The notes under the pieces are model-generated. The model had not been told where the DNA came from. It saw nothing but the letters and a program-made list of their open reading frames with translations, and searched no databases. From sequence record PQ579973.1: 44,409 nt of DNA. One strand, 5' to 3'. The stretch is from Escherichia phage MirsaeidiM_Esher4. Made by a program: the position numbers and the translations under genes. Shown here piece after piece: positions 1 to 9,048 of this stretch (positions are counted from its first letter, which is position 1; each line of letters opens with the position of its first letter).

Positions 1-55
1 AAAAACAAAAGGCCTGCGTACAGAGATGTAACTGTGTGGCATGGGTGGCAAAGGT
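1..55. repeat. Terminal direct repeat; identical to 44355..44409 (circular wrap or terminal redundancy)
   Basis: Bases 1-55 match bases 44355-44409 exactly on direct comparison; a reading frame continues across the junction. Confidence 0.9.
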
Positions 56-438
56 TTATGTCATTCCGTAAATGGTGGCTTTGTAATTATGTAGAGGGAT
101 GGGAACTAGATAAGGACATATTCTCCGGTATTAATAAGATATACAGTCCTACCACTTGCATTTTTATCCCGCAATGGTTGAATGTTTTTCTACAGGAAAA
201 GAAAAATAGTGGTTCACCCACCGGTGTTTTTTATGAAGAATCAAGAGGTAAATTTAAAGCATCAGTGAATTATGAGAAAAAAACTATTAATATAGGACGT
301 TTTGAAACTAAGGAAGAAGCGCTAGATGCCTACATTGCCGAAAAGATAAGGATAGCGGAATCAAGGAGATGTGAGATAGAGGCGATAAGAGAAGGTATGT
401 TCGACCGCGTTGTCGCCTTGATAAAAGAGGGGCGTTAG
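1..438 (+). CDS. AP2-domain protein, putative homing-endonuclease-like; C-terminal part of the gene that begins at 44142
   Basis: Frame is open from position 1 in phase with ATG 44142; AP2-like segment GVFYEESRGKFKASVNYEKKTINIGRFETKEEALDAYIAEK; no clear HNH motif seen; AT-richer than neighbours. Confidence 0.6.
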   Translation, partial: KNKRPAYRDVTVWHGWQRFMSFRKWWLCNYVEGWELDKDIFSGINKIYSPTTCIFIPQWLNVFLQEKKNSGSPTGVFYEESRGKFKASVNYEKKTINIGRFETKEEALDAYIAEKIRIAESRRCEIEAIREGMFDRVVALIKEGR

Positions 439-492
439 CTCGGAGGATGTAGGATGGCGTAAATATGGCCCGAAAGGGCCATATCTTTGTTA

Positions 493-2490
493 TCACTTAA
501 AGCCAGGTGCATTTCGCGTAGACTTGCGGGCCTTGCTAATCCGACTGTTGCTGTTCATTAGCTCAGAAGCCACCTGCTCAGAGATAATGATGCGCAGACG
601 CCCTTCATCATCCTGTTCAGTAGATACGTTGCCGATTTGTGCACTAGTGTTGTTAATGATGCTGATGTTAGCCGGGCCGCTGTTACCACTGCCTGACAGC
701 TCAGCCCGCGTCTGGCTTGCATTACTTGCACGACCGGCACCACCCATCTTAATAATCTCTGGACCACGTTCCCCGACAAGATAGCTACCGCCTGCGTTCA
801 TCTGCCCGCCCTGCTCACGCGCACCGCTAATCTTGGCGATGTTAGCCACACCTGCGGCAACTGCCAGACCGGCGGCAACCGGGGCTAGCGCCGGGCCAAC
901 AATCGGGATAGCTGCCGTGGACTTGTACGCCTCTATAGCTGCGGTGTAGGTGGCGATGGTCGCCTGGGTGATTGCGAACGCTTTATACGCGGCGGACGTT
1001 TCACCCAATGCGGATTTAGCATCGGCAGCCATGCTTCCGAACGCGTTGGCTGTAGCGTTAGCCTGCGCAATGTTGCTTTGCTCATTCAGCGCGGTAACTG
1101 CGTTGGCGTACTGTTCTTCGCTAATCAGCTTCTGTTTCAGGAAGTCATCCAGTTGCTTGAGTTTGGCGTCATTCTGCCGTTGGATTTCCTCGTACTCAGT
1201 GCCGCCAAGCGCTTGTAACTTCTGTAAATACACATCGGCGTTGTTGTAGAGGGCGTCCCGCTGTGCCTGAAACTCAGCCATGATGTCGCTTTTCGACTGC
1301 TCATACTCAGCGTCGCTTACCAGTTGCTTGTCATGGTATTCCTGCAACTTAGCTAGCTTCTGCTTCTCTTTAGCATCGATTTTGTCTAACTCGGTACCTG
1401 TGTTGGTATCGAGTTGCGCGATGAACTGGTCAGCGGCTTTCTGTGCGCTCTCCTGCGCTTTAGCCTCTGCTCGTGCCTGCGCGGACGCACGTTTCACGGC
1501 GGCAGCACTGATTCGATTCTGGCGGTCGATTTCCTTCTGCGCCCGGTCCGCTTTGTCCTTCTCGTATGTCTTCTCAGCCTGTTCTACGCCCTTACGTTCA
1601 GCGGCGCGTGTCTTCTCCTCTACGCCTAGGTAGTTCAGTTCATTACGCAGCTTGTTAAGCTCGATTTGCGCTTCCGGCGTCTTAGCTTTGATGCCGTCGA
1701 GGTACGCAATCAGTCCTTCACGAGCGCCCGGAACTCCAGCGGCGATAGCTTTCTGTGCGACCTCAATACTACGCATCTCTTTTGCGGTAAGTCCAGCGGC
1801 CTCTGCTGCTGCTTCGTACTGGAACGCCACCGCCCCAGCAGCATTACCGCCCTGCGCTATCTGCGACGCGGCAAGGTTGGTCGTAAGCTTCTGGAAGATG
1901 GACTGCGCCTTAGTCACCTTGTCGATTGCTTCTACAATCTTGTCAGCGGTAGCGTTGGCTTGCACGGCAGTAGCTTCCAGTGCCTTGTTGAGAAATGCCA
2001 TCTTCTCCGCCGTGGTAGCACCGATAGCGTCGAGCTTCTCCAGTGCGTCGTTCATTTCATACACGCCCGGCGTTGCTTCGTTCAGTGCATCATCGAGGAA
2101 CTTGGTCGCGTCTTCCAGTTCCTTTGCGGTGTCCTTCGCGTCGGACATCGAAGCGTATAGCGCGCCGCCGATAACCGTAGCCAGCGTCAACACAGTACCT
2201 GCAATCGGGTTAAACGCTGATACTAACTGGCTACCCTGCTGGGTGAACGCGGTGAGGGCCGATTGCCCGCCCTGAATCTGTACGATGAAGTCCTGTACCT
2301 GATATCCAGCGTTGCCGATGGACGCTTTGAGCGCGTTCATCTTCGGTGCCGCTGCCGATGTGGTGTCAGTCATCTTCTTGGTACTGGTATCCGCCTTACC
2401 CGCGGAACTGCTCAGGCTATCAAGCTGCTTGGCGGCCTGCTCTGCCCCGGTAGCCTGTACCTTTACGATTAAACTTGCGGTATCTGCCAT
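493..2490 (-). CDS. Tail tape measure protein
   Basis: Long Ala/Gln/Lys-rich coiled-coil-like protein with hydrophobic Gly/Ala C-terminal segment, downstream of tail chaperone ORFs. Start moved to ATG 2490 (MADTAS..., GAGGA RBS) from track start 2529. Confidence 0.85.
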   Translation of the reverse strand: MADTASLIVKVQATGAEQAAKQLDSLSSSAGKADTSTKKMTDTTSAAAPKMNALKASIGNAGYQVQDFIVQIQGGQSALTAFTQQGSQLVSAFNPIAGTVLTLATVIGGALYASMSDAKDTAKELEDATKFLDDALNEATPGVYEMNDALEKLDAIGATTAEKMAFLNKALEATAVQANATADKIVEAIDKVTKAQSIFQKLTTNLAASQIAQGGNAAGAVAFQYEAAAEAAGLTAKEMRSIEVAQKAIAAGVPGAREGLIAYLDGIKAKTPEAQIELNKLRNELNYLGVEEKTRAAERKGVEQAEKTYEKDKADRAQKEIDRQNRISAAAVKRASAQARAEAKAQESAQKAADQFIAQLDTNTGTELDKIDAKEKQKLAKLQEYHDKQLVSDAEYEQSKSDIMAEFQAQRDALYNNADVYLQKLQALGGTEYEEIQRQNDAKLKQLDDFLKQKLISEEQYANAVTALNEQSNIAQANATANAFGSMAADAKSALGETSAAYKAFAITQATIATYTAAIEAYKSTAAIPIVGPALAPVAAGLAVAAGVANIAKISGAREQGGQMNAGGSYLVGERGPEIIKMGGAGRASNASQTRAELSGSGNSGPANISIINNTSAQIGNVSTEQDDEGRLRIIISEQVASELMNSNSRISKARKSTRNAPGFK

Positions 2491-2491
2491 T

Positions 2492-2809
2492 CTATTCATC
2501 CTCGTTACGGCCTTCGAACAATGCGTCAAGGCCCATGATTAAATCCACCTCCAATAGCGTGAACGGTTGCTTGTGTAGTTCAGCATATGCTGTCAGGTGA
2601 TGGTATTGAAGCATCTCCCTCGGTATTAGTACGTTATTGCGACTTACAAACTTCAATGCGTAGTATTTGTCCATGATTCGCATCATATCAGCCGGGCATT
2701 CTGGAGGGTCTTCTTCCGGCTCTGGCGGGACTGGTAATCCCATCGCCGTCAAAGCCGCTTTGTGACCGTCCGCGATGGAGTCGAACTCCCGGCGCTTCTG
2801 ACGTATCAC
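2492..2809 (-). CDS. Putative tail assembly chaperone frameshift extension (GT-like)
   Basis: ORF in -1 frame relative to upstream chaperone ORF, open upstream across its stop, immediately before the tape measure gene. No slippery heptamer identified. Confidence 0.35.
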   Translation of the reverse strand: MIRQKRREFDSIADGHKAALTAMGLPVPPEPEEDPPECPADMMRIMDKYYALKFVSRNNVLIPREMLQYHHLTAYAELHKQPFTLLEVDLIMGLDALFEGRNEDE

Positions 2810-2841
2810 CCAGCGATACCGCGCATATTCGTAGAGCGCCT

Positions 2842-3258
2842 CTACTTTACCGACAGCGCTTTGCGGCTCTCTGCGTGATGCTGGGCCACTGCACCACCTA
2901 AGCCTTTGTATTCCTTGAGTAGTTTAACAAGCGCCTTCTTAGTGAACTTCTCGTCGAAGGACCAGCCTATCACTACAACGGCGGCAAGCGCATCATTCAG
3001 CTTCGCCAGTTCACTGTTCAACTCAGTGTTATATCTAGCCCAGTCGCCTTTCTCGCGGCACTCAGCGTCAAGCGGCTTCAGGTTGTCCAGGATGTCGCGA
3101 TAAGCAGAGATGAAGTCTTTAGCAGCTGCGATGGAGTCGTCGCAATCTGGCCCCATGACCTGTAGCCATTCGCCGGAATCGCTGCCGTCTGGCAACAGAA
3201 TCGGCATCTTGGTTCCTGCTGCGTGTTTGGACGCAAAGTAGAAGTCTGACAGTTTCAT
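2842..3258 (-). CDS. Tail assembly chaperone (G-like)
   Basis: 138-aa acidic protein directly upstream of tape measure gene; ATG 3258 with AAGGA RBS; assignment by position. Confidence 0.55.
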   Translation of the reverse strand: MKLSDFYFASKHAAGTKMPILLPDGSDSGEWLQVMGPDCDDSIAAAKDFISAYRDILDNLKPLDAECREKGDWARYNTELNSELAKLNDALAAVVVIGWSFDEKFTKKALVKLLKEYKGLGGAVAQHHAESRKALSVK

Positions 3259-3366
3259 TCTTTAATCCTTTGGTTAAGAGGTTGTTGGTTTGGCTTAAAT
3301 GCACCAGGCGGTAACCATCCGCTTTTCGTGCGCGACACTAGGTGCAAAATTATTCTAACACACTAC

Positions 3367-3399
3367 TTGCGCACCCAAATATAATAGGGTACTATTCAC
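3367..3399 (+). promoter_or_regulatory. Sigma70-like promoter (TTGCGC-N17-TACTAT) with overlapping operator ATAATAGGGTACTATTCAC
   Basis: Hexamers with 17-nt spacer upstream of ORF 3438; operator sequence recurs at 23525, 24825 and 28355-28420. Confidence 0.5.
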
Positions 3400-3437
3400 T
3401 TACACCAACAATGTTATCTCAAATAAGGAATTAACAA

Positions 3438-3764
3438 ATGCGTACATTAATCTTAGCTTTAGGTTTCATATCTTTTACTGCGGTAGGTTCCACTTGTGAG
3501 CAGATTTATTCTGAAACCCCATTAATAACTGCGGGTTTAATAGAAAGCGCCCCTGTAGCCGCGCAAAAAATGTTTAAAAATGCGGTTATTAAAGAATGTG
3601 AGGCCGCGTATTCAGCAGGAGCAGCAGGGGTTAGCTTCGACCTTGTAACAGGCCTTGTCATGAGTTCTGTGGACATGAAATCACCAGGCTACAGCAGCGC
3701 ATTGGTGGCTACTCGCTTACAAATCGTCTCTCTAGCTTGGGCGGCGGGAGTGGAAAGTAAATAG
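3438..3764 (+). CDS. Small secreted protein of unknown function
   Basis: N-terminal signal-peptide-like segment MRTLILALGFISFTAVGSTC; two Cys in mature part; AT-rich codon usage; own operator-controlled promoter; opposite strand to surrounding tail genes. Confidence 0.6.
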   Translation: MRTLILALGFISFTAVGSTCEQIYSETPLITAGLIESAPVAAQKMFKNAVIKECEAAYSAGAAGVSFDLVTGLVMSSVDMKSPGYSSALVATRLQIVSLAWAAGVESK

Positions 3765-3808
3765 CTATTGTAGTTAAATAAGACAAATCCTAAACACGAG
3801 GAATAAGC

Positions 3809-4939
3809 ATGGCCAGGAAGAAAATAACCGACGAACAGTTACAGGAAGAATTGAACGCCGGTATGAAGAATATCGACATCGCCCGTAAATACGGCATCTC
3901 CGACCGCGTTATTCGTATCCGTAAAGCGAAGCTGGCTAAGAAAGGTGTAGGCCACGGGCGTGACGTTAGTTACCTTGTACCGGACGGCTACAAGATTAAA
4001 GGAACGTCATCACTGGTGGATGAGTTTGGCAACACCAAGTTGCAATGGGTTAAGACCGACACCGATGCCGAACGTCAGGTTGAATTGATGAAAGCCGTAA
4101 TCGAAGGCATGAAGTCGGAGATTACACCAGTTGCACCTGTTAAAGCCGTTCGCGCCAAACGAGACGACAAGCTACTCAACCTTTACACTGTGTCTGATTT
4201 CCATCTCGGTATGCTGGCCTGGGCTGACGAGAGCGGCGACGACTGGGACATGAAGATTGCGGAAGACCTGTTCTCCCGCTGGTTCGACGCAGCGTTCCAG
4301 AAAGCACCGGATGCCGGAACAGGAGTTATTAATCTGCTGGGCGACCTTGCGCATTTCGATAGTCTGGACGCCGTTACACCTGCCAGTGGTCATGTTCTTG
4401 ACGCTGACACCCGCTATCAGAAACTTGTACGCTACATGATTCGTATGGTCCGCCGTGTCATTGATATGGCTCTCGTTAAACATAAAAATGTTCGCTTGCT
4501 TATCGTGCAAGGTAACCACGACGAAAGCGGAATGATTTGGTTAGCTGAGATGTTTAGTACGCTGTACGACAATGAGCCGCGTGTGTTCGTCGATACGTCG
4601 CCGGATGTTTACAAGATGGTGCAACACGGCAAAACGACGCTGTTCTTCCATCATGGGCATAAAGCACGATTCGACGCTATCGAACCGGTTATGATCGCCA
4701 AGTTCCGCAAAGCGTTCGGCGAGAGTGTTTACAGCTACGCCCACGTGGGTCACCTGCACCACCAAAAGATTATAGAAAGCCGTAACATGATTGTTGAGCA
4801 ACACCGCACTCTCGCGGCTAAAGATGCATATGCCTCCCGCGGTGGGTGGATGTCGGGCCGCAGTGCAAACGTAATTACTTATAGCGCCGAATATGGCGAG
4901 GTCGCACGTTTAACTATTTCACCGGAGATGCTTGGATGA
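3809..4939 (+). CDS. HTH-domain calcineurin-like metallophosphoesterase (possible nuclease or phosphatase)
   Basis: N-terminal HTH-like region IDIARKYGISDRVIRIRKAKL; metallophosphoesterase motifs VSDFH, LLGDLAH, VQGNHDE, FFHHGH, VGHLHH. Confidence 0.75.
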   Translation: MARKKITDEQLQEELNAGMKNIDIARKYGISDRVIRIRKAKLAKKGVGHGRDVSYLVPDGYKIKGTSSLVDEFGNTKLQWVKTDTDAERQVELMKAVIEGMKSEITPVAPVKAVRAKRDDKLLNLYTVSDFHLGMLAWADESGDDWDMKIAEDLFSRWFDAAFQKAPDAGTGVINLLGDLAHFDSLDAVTPASGHVLDADTRYQKLVRYMIRMVRRVIDMALVKHKNVRLLIVQGNHDESGMIWLAEMFSTLYDNEPRVFVDTSPDVYKMVQHGKTTLFFHHGHKARFDAIEPVMIAKFRKAFGESVYSYAHVGHLHHQKIIESRNMIVEQHRTLAAKDAYASRGGWMSGRSANVITYSAEYGEVARLTISPEMLG

Positions 4940-5421
4940 AAGATATTGTGATTTTCGATTTAGACGGGACATTGGCAGATGGTACTCATCGTTTACACCT
5001 GCTGCCGAAAGATAACTACGGCGAAACCTGGGCGTGGAAACCATTTAACATGGCGTGCAAAGACGATGCACCCATTAAAGATAACATCGAACTGTGTAAC
5101 GCCCTTAATCGTCGCTATGCCGTTATTATCTTAACAGGCCGTAGTGATGACGCGGAAAAAGAAACCAGAATGTGGTTGCAGCGCCACCGCGTCGAATTTT
5201 ATCAGTTAATCATGCGCAAAAAACACGACAACAGAAAAGACATCGTAATTAAAGAAGAGGTGTTGCGTGCTATTGGGCCGGAGAGAATCTTGTGTGCATT
5301 CGACGACTCTCCAGCGGTAATAAAGCATTTCCGCGAACTCGGCATAACCACTCACGCAGTTACTGAATACGACTGTAACGGGAACTCTACACACTTAAAA
5401 CCACATGGGAGTGATAAATAA
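4936..5421 (+). CDS. HAD-superfamily phosphatase (nucleotidase or polynucleotide 3'-phosphatase-like)
   Basis: HAD motif I FDLDGTL near N-terminus, later ILTGR and FDDS segments; start overlaps upstream stop (ATGA). Confidence 0.7.
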   Translation: MKDIVIFDLDGTLADGTHRLHLLPKDNYGETWAWKPFNMACKDDAPIKDNIELCNALNRRYAVIILTGRSDDAEKETRMWLQRHRVEFYQLIMRKKHDNRKDIVIKEEVLRAIGPERILCAFDDSPAVIKHFRELGITTHAVTEYDCNGNSTHLKPHGSDK

Positions 5422-5975
5422 TGGCTAAGGTAATTATTCTTAATGGTCCTGCGGGCTGCGGGAAAGACACACTTGCTAGGGCGCTGGTAGAAATGGGCTT
5501 TGCGAAGGGTGTCGCCAGTTTCAAGAATCCGATGTTCAATATTGCTATGGCCGCGTTAGGCCGGGATGCTTACCGCGAGTTTCTCGACGGCTACGACGAC
5601 CGGGCGCGGAAAGAAAAGCCAGAGGGTTTCCTTAACGGGTTGTCTCGGCGTCAGTTCATGATTGCCATTTCCGAGCAATTCATTAAACCGGTATTCGGTG
5701 ATGATTATTTCGGTAAGTATCTTGCCGGAAACTTGCCCGACGGCGACGAAGTTTTTGTGGTGTCTGATGGCGGGTTCGCCAGCGAAGTAACCCCTATCGT
5801 TGCCGCGGGGCATGATGTGAGAATCGTCCGCTTGCACAGAGACGGCCATACGTTTGAAGGGGACAGCCGCGGTTACCTGTACGATATTGATGGTGTAAAA
5901 GATTATGACACCTACATCATACCGGGTTACGTTAAATCGAACGCTATAGGCATTGCTTTAAGATTAGGTTTGTAA
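5421..5975 (+). CDS. P-loop kinase, dNMP kinase-like
   Basis: Walker A GPAGCGKDT with GKDT signature and overall resemblance to phage deoxynucleoside monophosphate kinases; start overlaps upstream stop. Confidence 0.6.
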   Translation: MAKVIILNGPAGCGKDTLARALVEMGFAKGVASFKNPMFNIAMAALGRDAYREFLDGYDDRARKEKPEGFLNGLSRRQFMIAISEQFIKPVFGDDYFGKYLAGNLPDGDEVFVVSDGGFASEVTPIVAAGHDVRIVRLHRDGHTFEGDSRGYLYDIDGVKDYDTYIIPGYVKSNAIGIALRLGL

Positions 5976-5977
5976 GA

Positions 5978-6003
5978 AAAAGGCCCCAAACGGGGCCTTA
6001 GTT
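5978..6003. terminator. Bidirectional intrinsic terminator hairpin
   Basis: GGCCCC-AAAC-GGGGCC stem-loop with T/A-rich runs on both sides, between convergent genes. Confidence 0.6.
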
Positions 6004-7170
6004 TTATGCGTATGTGATGCGCTGAATAACAATAGACGACTGGTACTGGTTGCCGGTAGCCTGGCCTTCAATAGACTGAGTGATTGACTCAGGTCCTCCA
6101 ATCTCAGGTGTAACCGCCGTAAGTTCTGCACGTTTCAAACTGAAAGACATAGCCCCGTTTACCCCAGCCAGAATAGAGTTAATCTCCACCTGCTGCTCGT
6201 TGATAAACTTCTGAATCATCGCCATGTCGTACAGCTTACCGGAGATGGAGAAGGTGTTAGCTGCTCGGCTACGCTCCACAAACGCTACGTTAGTGTTGCC
6301 GAGTTCGAACTGTGCGGACGCGCTGTTGTCGTTGGTGATAGTAAGGCTATCACAACGCAACGGCGTAGAGCCATCGAACACGGAAACGTCAACCGAAGAG
6401 AACGGCTCATCACCAAAAGTAACAGATGAGAAGTTGGAACCGGTCGGCGGCGTAGTGAGAATCTCCTGACTGCGACCGATGAATGGGAAGCTGCCAGTTA
6501 CCATCGCGTTAACAGCCTGTTCGATGGTAAAACCAGAAACTTCCACGCCTTTGGTTAACGTGTACGCGTCAGTACCGCCGCACTGGCCTTTGTACCAGGT
6601 AAGGATAGAGAACGTCTTACACGTGTTACCGGTTTCCAGCGTGTCGCCGGTTTTAGCCTTACTAGTTTTTGTCTCGGTGGTCAGGGTGTGTTGGATGCCC
6701 GCACCGGTAACAACCGTAGCCGTTACTGCAGTAACAATAAATGGTTTTGCGTTATCGCCTGTTAAATCGGTAAATGCAATCAGGTCGCCTACCCCAACTC
6801 CGTCAGTGATAAAACTGCCGGTAGCGCGTGTGAACGTCTTGCCCGCGGGCAAGACGGTAATCGACAGACTGGACAGGGAAACACCGGATTGCCACGTAGA
6901 GCCTAAAGCACCAGCCAGCCAGTCATCCTGGCTTTTCGAGCTAAGCTCGATCGCGTATTCACCGCTAACCTGTTTGTTACCGGTGCGGATGGATGTAGTT
7001 TCACGGCTGCCGTCCAGTTCGTTGGAGGTCAGCGTGTCGCGGGTAATGGCAGGAACACCGCCAGTGTTACGCAACGGTGACCAGACCGGGTTAGTCGGTG
7101 TTACGCCCGGGGTGACTTCCGCCACATAGAATTGCGCGGTATTCGCGCCCTTAAAAGGAGTTGTAGCCAT
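6004..7170 (-). CDS. Major tail protein
   Basis: Thr/Ser/Gly-rich beta-type protein upstream of chaperone and tape measure genes; start moved to ATG 7170 (AAGAGG RBS). Confidence 0.7.
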   Translation of the reverse strand: MATTPFKGANTAQFYVAEVTPGVTPTNPVWSPLRNTGGVPAITRDTLTSNELDGSRETTSIRTGNKQVSGEYAIELSSKSQDDWLAGALGSTWQSGVSLSSLSITVLPAGKTFTRATGSFITDGVGVGDLIAFTDLTGDNAKPFIVTAVTATVVTGAGIQHTLTTETKTSKAKTGDTLETGNTCKTFSILTWYKGQCGGTDAYTLTKGVEVSGFTIEQAVNAMVTGSFPFIGRSQEILTTPPTGSNFSSVTFGDEPFSSVDVSVFDGSTPLRCDSLTITNDNSASAQFELGNTNVAFVERSRAANTFSISGKLYDMAMIQKFINEQQVEINSILAGVNGAMSFSLKRAELTAVTPEIGGPESITQSIEGQATGNQYQSSIVIQRITYA

Positions 7171-7172
7171 AT

Positions 7173-7589
7173 TCACAGCCTCTTGGTGAATGCAATAAAG
7201 TTAATTGACAATGGTCGTTTGGCCCATCCGTTTTCTACAATCAGCGGCCCCAGGCTAACCGATTGAACCTCGGCGCAGATGTCGTTACGTGAAAATGACT
7301 TACCTGCTTTAAACGCCGTGTTAAGTAAGTCTGCCATTTTATTGATTGGCGCGCTACCTTTCACCGATGCGTAGTTAATGTCTACCTGATAAACACCGGC
7401 GCGTTGTTCCGTGAAGAACAAATCCGCCTGTTCCGTATCCGCAAGTAACATGTAACTTGCCAGATATGGCGTATCGGTTGACGTCGGCGCGTCGATGTTT
7501 TCAAGCGCGACCTTGATGCCGTTGGCGGTTCCGAAGGCTACCAGCGGCACATCAAACGCTTTTGTTAAGTCCTCAAAGTAGCCCATCAT
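7173..7589 (-). CDS. Tail completion or terminator-like protein
   Basis: Small protein directly upstream of major tail gene, ATGA-coupled to neighbours; assignment by position. Confidence 0.45.
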   Translation of the reverse strand: MMGYFEDLTKAFDVPLVAFGTANGIKVALENIDAPTSTDTPYLASYMLLADTEQADLFFTEQRAGVYQVDINYASVKGSAPINKMADLLNTAFKAGKSFSRNDICAEVQSVSLGPLIVENGWAKRPLSINFIAFTKRL

Positions 7590-7981
7590 TTCACCTTGTT
7601 GGCTTCTTCGTTAATGAGTTGCTGGAAGCGAGACACATTAGTCCTGACAACCCCGGCTGGCGCCTGTTGCGACCAACCATACTCCAGCCGTTGCGCATAC
7701 GGCAGATTATTTGTCAGCGTGAACTCATGCCAGTCAGCGGCTTTCAGCACGAAACTCGTAGCGTTTCCGGTTGCTGTGTTTCCTGATTTATCCGTAGCGT
7801 CCGTAATCCCGGAAGCAGGAGTACCGCCAGATGCCATCCAGTTCATACGAAAGCGGCCCGTGTCTACCGGACTCGCCTTTATAATAGCGGAAAACAGCTT
7901 GATAGACACCTGACGCATCACCTTCTCAGGGTTCTTCTTCGCCTTTTCCACGAACTTAGAGACATCGAGCGCGAAACTCAT
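7586..7981 (-). CDS. Neck or head-tail joining protein
   Basis: Position in head-tail joining block; translationally coupled; weak resemblance to HK97 gp10-type proteins. Confidence 0.45.
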   Translation of the reverse strand: MSFALDVSKFVEKAKKNPEKVMRQVSIKLFSAIIKASPVDTGRFRMNWMASGGTPASGITDATDKSGNTATGNATSFVLKAADWHEFTLTNNLPYAQRLEYGWSQQAPAGVVRTNVSRFQQLINEEANKVK

Positions 7982-8337
7982 TTTCTCACCTGAATAAAGT
8001 ACGCCACGACGTCATCGTTAACCATCTTCTTCTCAATAGCTACGATGGACCATTGCTCGCCGCCGAATTGCACCTTGTCTTCCATCTTCGGAACGACGCT
8101 GTAATCGGCTTTAACAATCATGTCGCCAGCCTGAATCGTCGTACCGTTTACCAGTCCCGCGTTTACCGGAACCGGAACGGCCTTCAACTGCAACACTTCA
8201 TCCGCAGACCAGACGTACTCACCGAGAACTTCATCCCATACTTTTGAACCAGCGCGAATCAGAGATACCGTGCTACCGAATTTGGTTAGCAGGCGCGTAC
8301 CCACGCCTTGCATACGTTTACTGAAAGCGGTGCTCAT
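7978..8337 (-). CDS. Head closure or head-tail joining protein
   Basis: Start moved to ATG 8337 (AAGAGGTG RBS) from track start 8418, which lacks an RBS; assignment by position. Confidence 0.4.
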   Translation of the reverse strand: MSTAFSKRMQGVGTRLLTKFGSTVSLIRAGSKVWDEVLGEYVWSADEVLQLKAVPVPVNAGLVNGTTIQAGDMIVKADYSVVPKMEDKVQFGGEQWSIVAIEKKMVNDDVVAYFIQVRK

Positions 8338-8431
8338 TTTAGCACCTCTTGCAGCGTCAAAAGAACACCGTAACTGTGCAAGACTACCGCGGTAAGAAAA
8401 CCAAAAACTACACCACATGTGAACTTATTCA

Positions 8432-9046
8432 TCAAGCGGCCTCCAGTCTCGAAATAACCAGTAGCGCGGACGGTGCTGTGTCCCATGCTGTTACGGTAGC
8501 GGCTTGTGGGTACACGCCGCCGAAGTTGCTTCCGGCACCATCCCGCATAATCTGAACGGCAAACGTCCGGCCTGCTGCGGGGTTAATAACGACGCGGGAT
8601 TCAATCGGGATTGTAGTATCAGCACTTACCAGTTTAGTAGCTGCTGGCGAGCCGTACTGTGCGCCGTTAAGAAGAATGCGCGATAACAGGACGGACGTCC
8701 CGCTCGCTCCAGTGCGCCCCGCCTGTAACTTGATGCGAACGGTGTAGTTGCCCGCAGTGTTGAACGTAACCAGACCCGCTGCATTAATCATTACCGGGTC
8801 AGATGCGCTACCCTGCGCGGGACCGAAAGTTAACTGCAATGCTGTGGCCACTGCGGATGGTGCTTGTATTACAGTGGACGCGGCACGGAGAACTTCAACC
8901 TCTTTCACCCCGGGAGTGGCATAGATAGGCGAATCTGCCATCTGCGTCATTACCTCGCGCAATGCGGCTGGGGTGATAAGACCGGTAGTGTTATCGGGAA
9001 GATTTGCACCGATTAGCGTGAATATCTCTGATTTAGTCTTCGCCAT
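8432..9046 (-). CDS. Virion structural protein, function unassigned
   Basis: 204-aa Ala/Thr/Gly-rich protein within the connector block. Confidence 0.4.
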   Translation of the reverse strand: MAKTKSEIFTLIGANLPDNTTGLITPAALREVMTQMADSPIYATPGVKEVEVLRAASTVIQAPSAVATALQLTFGPAQGSASDPVMINAAGLVTFNTAGNYTVRIKLQAGRTGASGTSVLLSRILLNGAQYGSPAATKLVSADTTIPIESRVVINPAAGRTFAVQIMRDGAGSNFGGVYPQAATVTAWDTAPSALLVISRLEAA

Positions 9047-9048
9047 TT

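Noticed and set aside
1652-2275. 207-aa and 164-aa plus-strand ORFs inside the tape measure gene
   Set aside because: Antisense to the tape measure gene, low-complexity Ala/Ser-rich translation.
6479-7129. 216-aa plus-strand ORF inside the major tail gene
   Set aside because: Antisense overlap with a strongly supported gene; no start context.
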